A stretch of 64,000 nucleotides of DNA, taken from the NCBI GenBank assembly GCA_964234715.1, contig OZ174275.1; one strand, 5' to 3'. Shown in pieces: positions 60,772 through 64,000 of the stretch. Each line of letters starts with the position of its first letter. Within the stretch, counting starts at the first letter, position 1. The translations under genes were made by a program, and so were the position numbers. The notes under the pieces were generated by a model, which saw only the letters and a program-made list of their open reading frames with translations, searched no databases and was not told the DNA's origin. This stretch comes from Podarcis melisellensis (taxonomy: Eukaryota).

Positions 60772-63700
60772 ACCCAGCAACAATGGCCCAGTCCAGTGAG
60801 AAAATTATGTACACAAAATTCTCTACATGGAAATGGGTAAAACCAGTAACTCAGTTTGGACAGGGGCCTCACACAGAGAGCTGTAGCCAATACTAGTCCC
60901 ACTTAATTTTAATGGGTCTACTCTAAGTAAAATATTGCTATATGTTGGATAACCCACGCAGCTGAAACTACGCGATGAAAATAGGATGTCCTAAGGAAAA
61001 GCGGGACATTCCAGGATCAAATCAGAAACCAGGGTGGCTTCCGAAAATCTGGCACTGTCCCTGGAAAATAGGGACACTTGGGGGGGGGGTGTCTGAGCTT
61101 ATTTCCCCTCTTCAACAGGCAATCAGTCTGTGTGCAGGAGCCTGTGGGCTTTTCAGGCAAGAAGCTGTAACCAGCAACCACTTACAATTTAATAGTTATG
61201 GCATGATCAATTTATGTATTATATATCACACCCATCAACTAAGGAACTTGAGTAGCACACATTGTTCTGTTCTACTTGTTTTTACCTGCTCAACAACCCT
61301 GTGAAATAGGTGGAACTAAGAAAGTGTCTGGTTGACCCCAGACCCCCATAGTTTCTGCTATCAAACTAAGGAAGCTTAAGCTACAGGGCCCTTAATCTTG
61401 GAGGGATCCCAGAAGTGGCTTTAGTCCACATTGCTTAAAAATTTGGGGTCTTCTAGACCCAATTTGATTATTTTGTTGTTGTAGATATTTCAAAAATCCC
61501 AACGTTTGAGAGTCAGTAGCACAGCTGTTGTAAAGGTGTGGTAATCTGTCATGGAACAACCCCATTGAAGAAAATAACAGTGGTTCCCCAGACCTCATTG
61601 CGGGCTGTGATGGTGCCCCCATGACAGTTCAAGCGTGAAGGCCCCCAAGATGTAGGTCTGCCACTGGTTGACCCAAGGCCACCCAGAGAGTTTTGTGGCT
61701 AAGCAGGAATTTGAAGAGGTCTCCCTCTCTGGTTCTGGACCAGAATACTAGCCACTATAGCACACTGCTTGCTGGGACAAATTGTCTTCTCCAGAATAAA
61801 TATCTAAAAATCACAGACTTAGTTCACACAGAGAGGATGAGGTAGTAAAATTACATGACATTAGACAGCAAGGGTGCATCACAAGACAGAATCCTCCTCT
61901 ATGTAATAAGCAGTCCCTGCACATAGAAAAAAATAGATTTGGGGGGAAATGTCCTGTTGAAAGCAATGATTCTTCAACATCAACTTCGTTGGACTTGTCA
62001 TGTTGTCTGGATGCCTGATTACTATCTTCCAAAGCAAGTACAAAAAAAAGAGGTTTAAAGGCGCTCTCAAGGCAAATCTATATATAAAAAAGTAACATAA
62101 GCATTGCTAACTGGAAAACACTTCTTGCAAGCACTCCAATTGGAGAAAAGCTTTTACCAAAGGTGTCGTGGACTTTGAAGAAGCACAGACTCAGGGTGAA
62201 AAGGAGAAACAAGCTAAAAGGGTTTGGCAAACCCTCACATTGATCTACTCCCACCCAGAAACCTATGTCCCCACTATGGAAGGACGTGTGGATCCAGAAT
62301 TAGCCTCCACAATCACTTAGACTCACTGTTAATACCATGTTCATGGAAGACAATCTTACTCAGCTACAAGTGATTGCTAAAGAAGAAGTTAGATTTGTAT
62401 GGAGATAAAGCTTTAGGGGTTGATTCAAGTGTCTGTTCATGGCATCCTCTTTATTTCTCTCTCTCCTACCCTCAATTTTAAAATATATATCCTGCCTTTT
62501 CTTAGTTCAAAGCAGCTCACAAACTCATTTGCCTTCCTTCTGCCATGCTGATACAATAATAGTGTCCTAAAATTGTCTCTCAAGTATGCATGCTAATCTT
62601 TAACATACTATTTTCCTTAGATATTAGATATTCCTCCAACAAACCAAACCCAAATACCTTATTCTGCTACGTCCTAATAGAGCTCGACTGTTCCCTCCTG
62701 CACCCGTTCTGAGGTGAAAAGGTTCTGCAGTGATGAAACTAACAACACAACTTGAACAAAACAACCAAAAATGCTTATTGACTTGATAGCAGGGAAAGCC
62801 AGTTTGAAGTATTTGATTCCTGACACCAGTTAAGCAAGTATGTGCAAAGTGTAAAACCTGCACTTGTTGATTTTTGACATAAAAATCAATGAAACTGTTC
62901 ATAACCTTCATCTCTTTGGTTTAACTCTCCATAGTAGATCAAAAGAGAGTAATTAGATTTCTGCCTGACTAGCGGGGGTAGAAAGCTGTTTCATTTTGGA
63001 TCAAAAACCTTCCCAGTAGATTACACCTCCTAACCGTTGCTTATCAACACTTAACAATTGCTTCTGTATTTGACTTTGACAGAACTACCAGAATGCTACA
63101 ATCTAATTTCCAGAGAAAGATGATGAAAGGCTTTCAAAGTTTTAGTTTTGTTCCCGATTTCAGTATGTATTCTCCGTTGTGCTACACATTTTGGCTATCC
63201 AGATTTCTGGACCATCCAATCTTACTAATCACCTCAATAATTAAAATAAAGCAGGAGAAGCCTTCATTTAATGGACAAGACAATCTTTAGCTTTAGATTT
63301 AATGCACCTGTCTCACCCTGTAAATAAATATGTCTCTGTTTTCATGCTCCAAATGAGACTAAGGCTATGTACATGCTATACCTTTAAAGCTTATTCAAAA
63401 CACATTCTTTCCCTCAAAGGATTCTGGGCACTGTAATTTACCCCTCACAGAGTTTCAATTCCCAGCAACCCTTAACAAACCACATTGCCCAGAATTCTTT
63501 GAAGGAAAGAATGTGCTTTAAAAATACAATGTGCACACAGCCTCATGGGCGTAGCCAGGCTTCATGTTGTGGGAGGGAGCAGAACCTCAGTTAGTTAAGT
63601 ATTTTTATTGATTTACTTTCTCTAGAGGGAGGCAGCTGCCCCTCTGCCCCCTCCCACCGGCTGTGCTCATGCACAGCCTAACACTCTTCCATAGATTTAC

Positions 63701-63785
63701 ATCTGGCAACTTCTTTAATATCACAAACATTTTGCTGCCTGCCACTGGAGGCAACTGCCGTCTGTTTATGCTGCTAAATCAGGTA

Positions 63786-64000
63786 CAGTGGTACCTTGGG
63801 TTACAGATCCTTCAGGTTACAGACGCTTCAGGTTACAGACTCCACTAACCCAGAAATAGTACCTCGGGTTAAGAACTTTACCTCAGGAAATTGTGCAGTG
63901 GCAGCAGGAGGCCCCATTAGCTAAAGCAGTACGTCAGGTTAAGAACAGTTTTTAGGTTAACAACAGACCTCTAGAATGAATGAAGTTCTTAACCCGAGGT
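63786..64000. mobile_element. Tigger/pogo-like MITE (family A), cut by the window edge
   Basis: TA|CAGTGGTACCTTGGGTTAC start; reverse orientation relative to 48695-48936. Confidence 0.8.

Overview
This is vertebrate (squamate, most likely lacertid lizard) genomic DNA, judged from Sauria SINEs, BovB, CR1, L2, Rex1 and lizard-type MITEs; it has four N gaps. The left half holds the 3' end of RALGAPA1 (+ strand). It shows three constitutive GAP-region exons, a 15.4-kb U12-type (minor spliceosome) intron, a 29-nt stop-containing cassette exon, a candidate 3-nt microexon and the terminal exon. Convergent with it is the single-exon, CpG-island gene INSM2 (- strand). The right half is intergenic and rich in repeats. 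The most striking object is a 5,091-bp class II ERV-derived insertion (49035-54125), with beta-like gag, alpha-like env and a tRNA-Trp PBS. It is a giant inverted repeat: two near-identical 1,640-bp env+LTR arms, both outer ends being the same U5 '...CA' end, flanked by CCCCCC duplications inside an otherwise contiguous MITE. Its U3 ends lack the canonical TG. Also notable are two unrelated Gypsy-type solo LTRs that each carry an acidic-then-basic reading frame, and RE1/REST-like motifs inside the INSM2 CDS.
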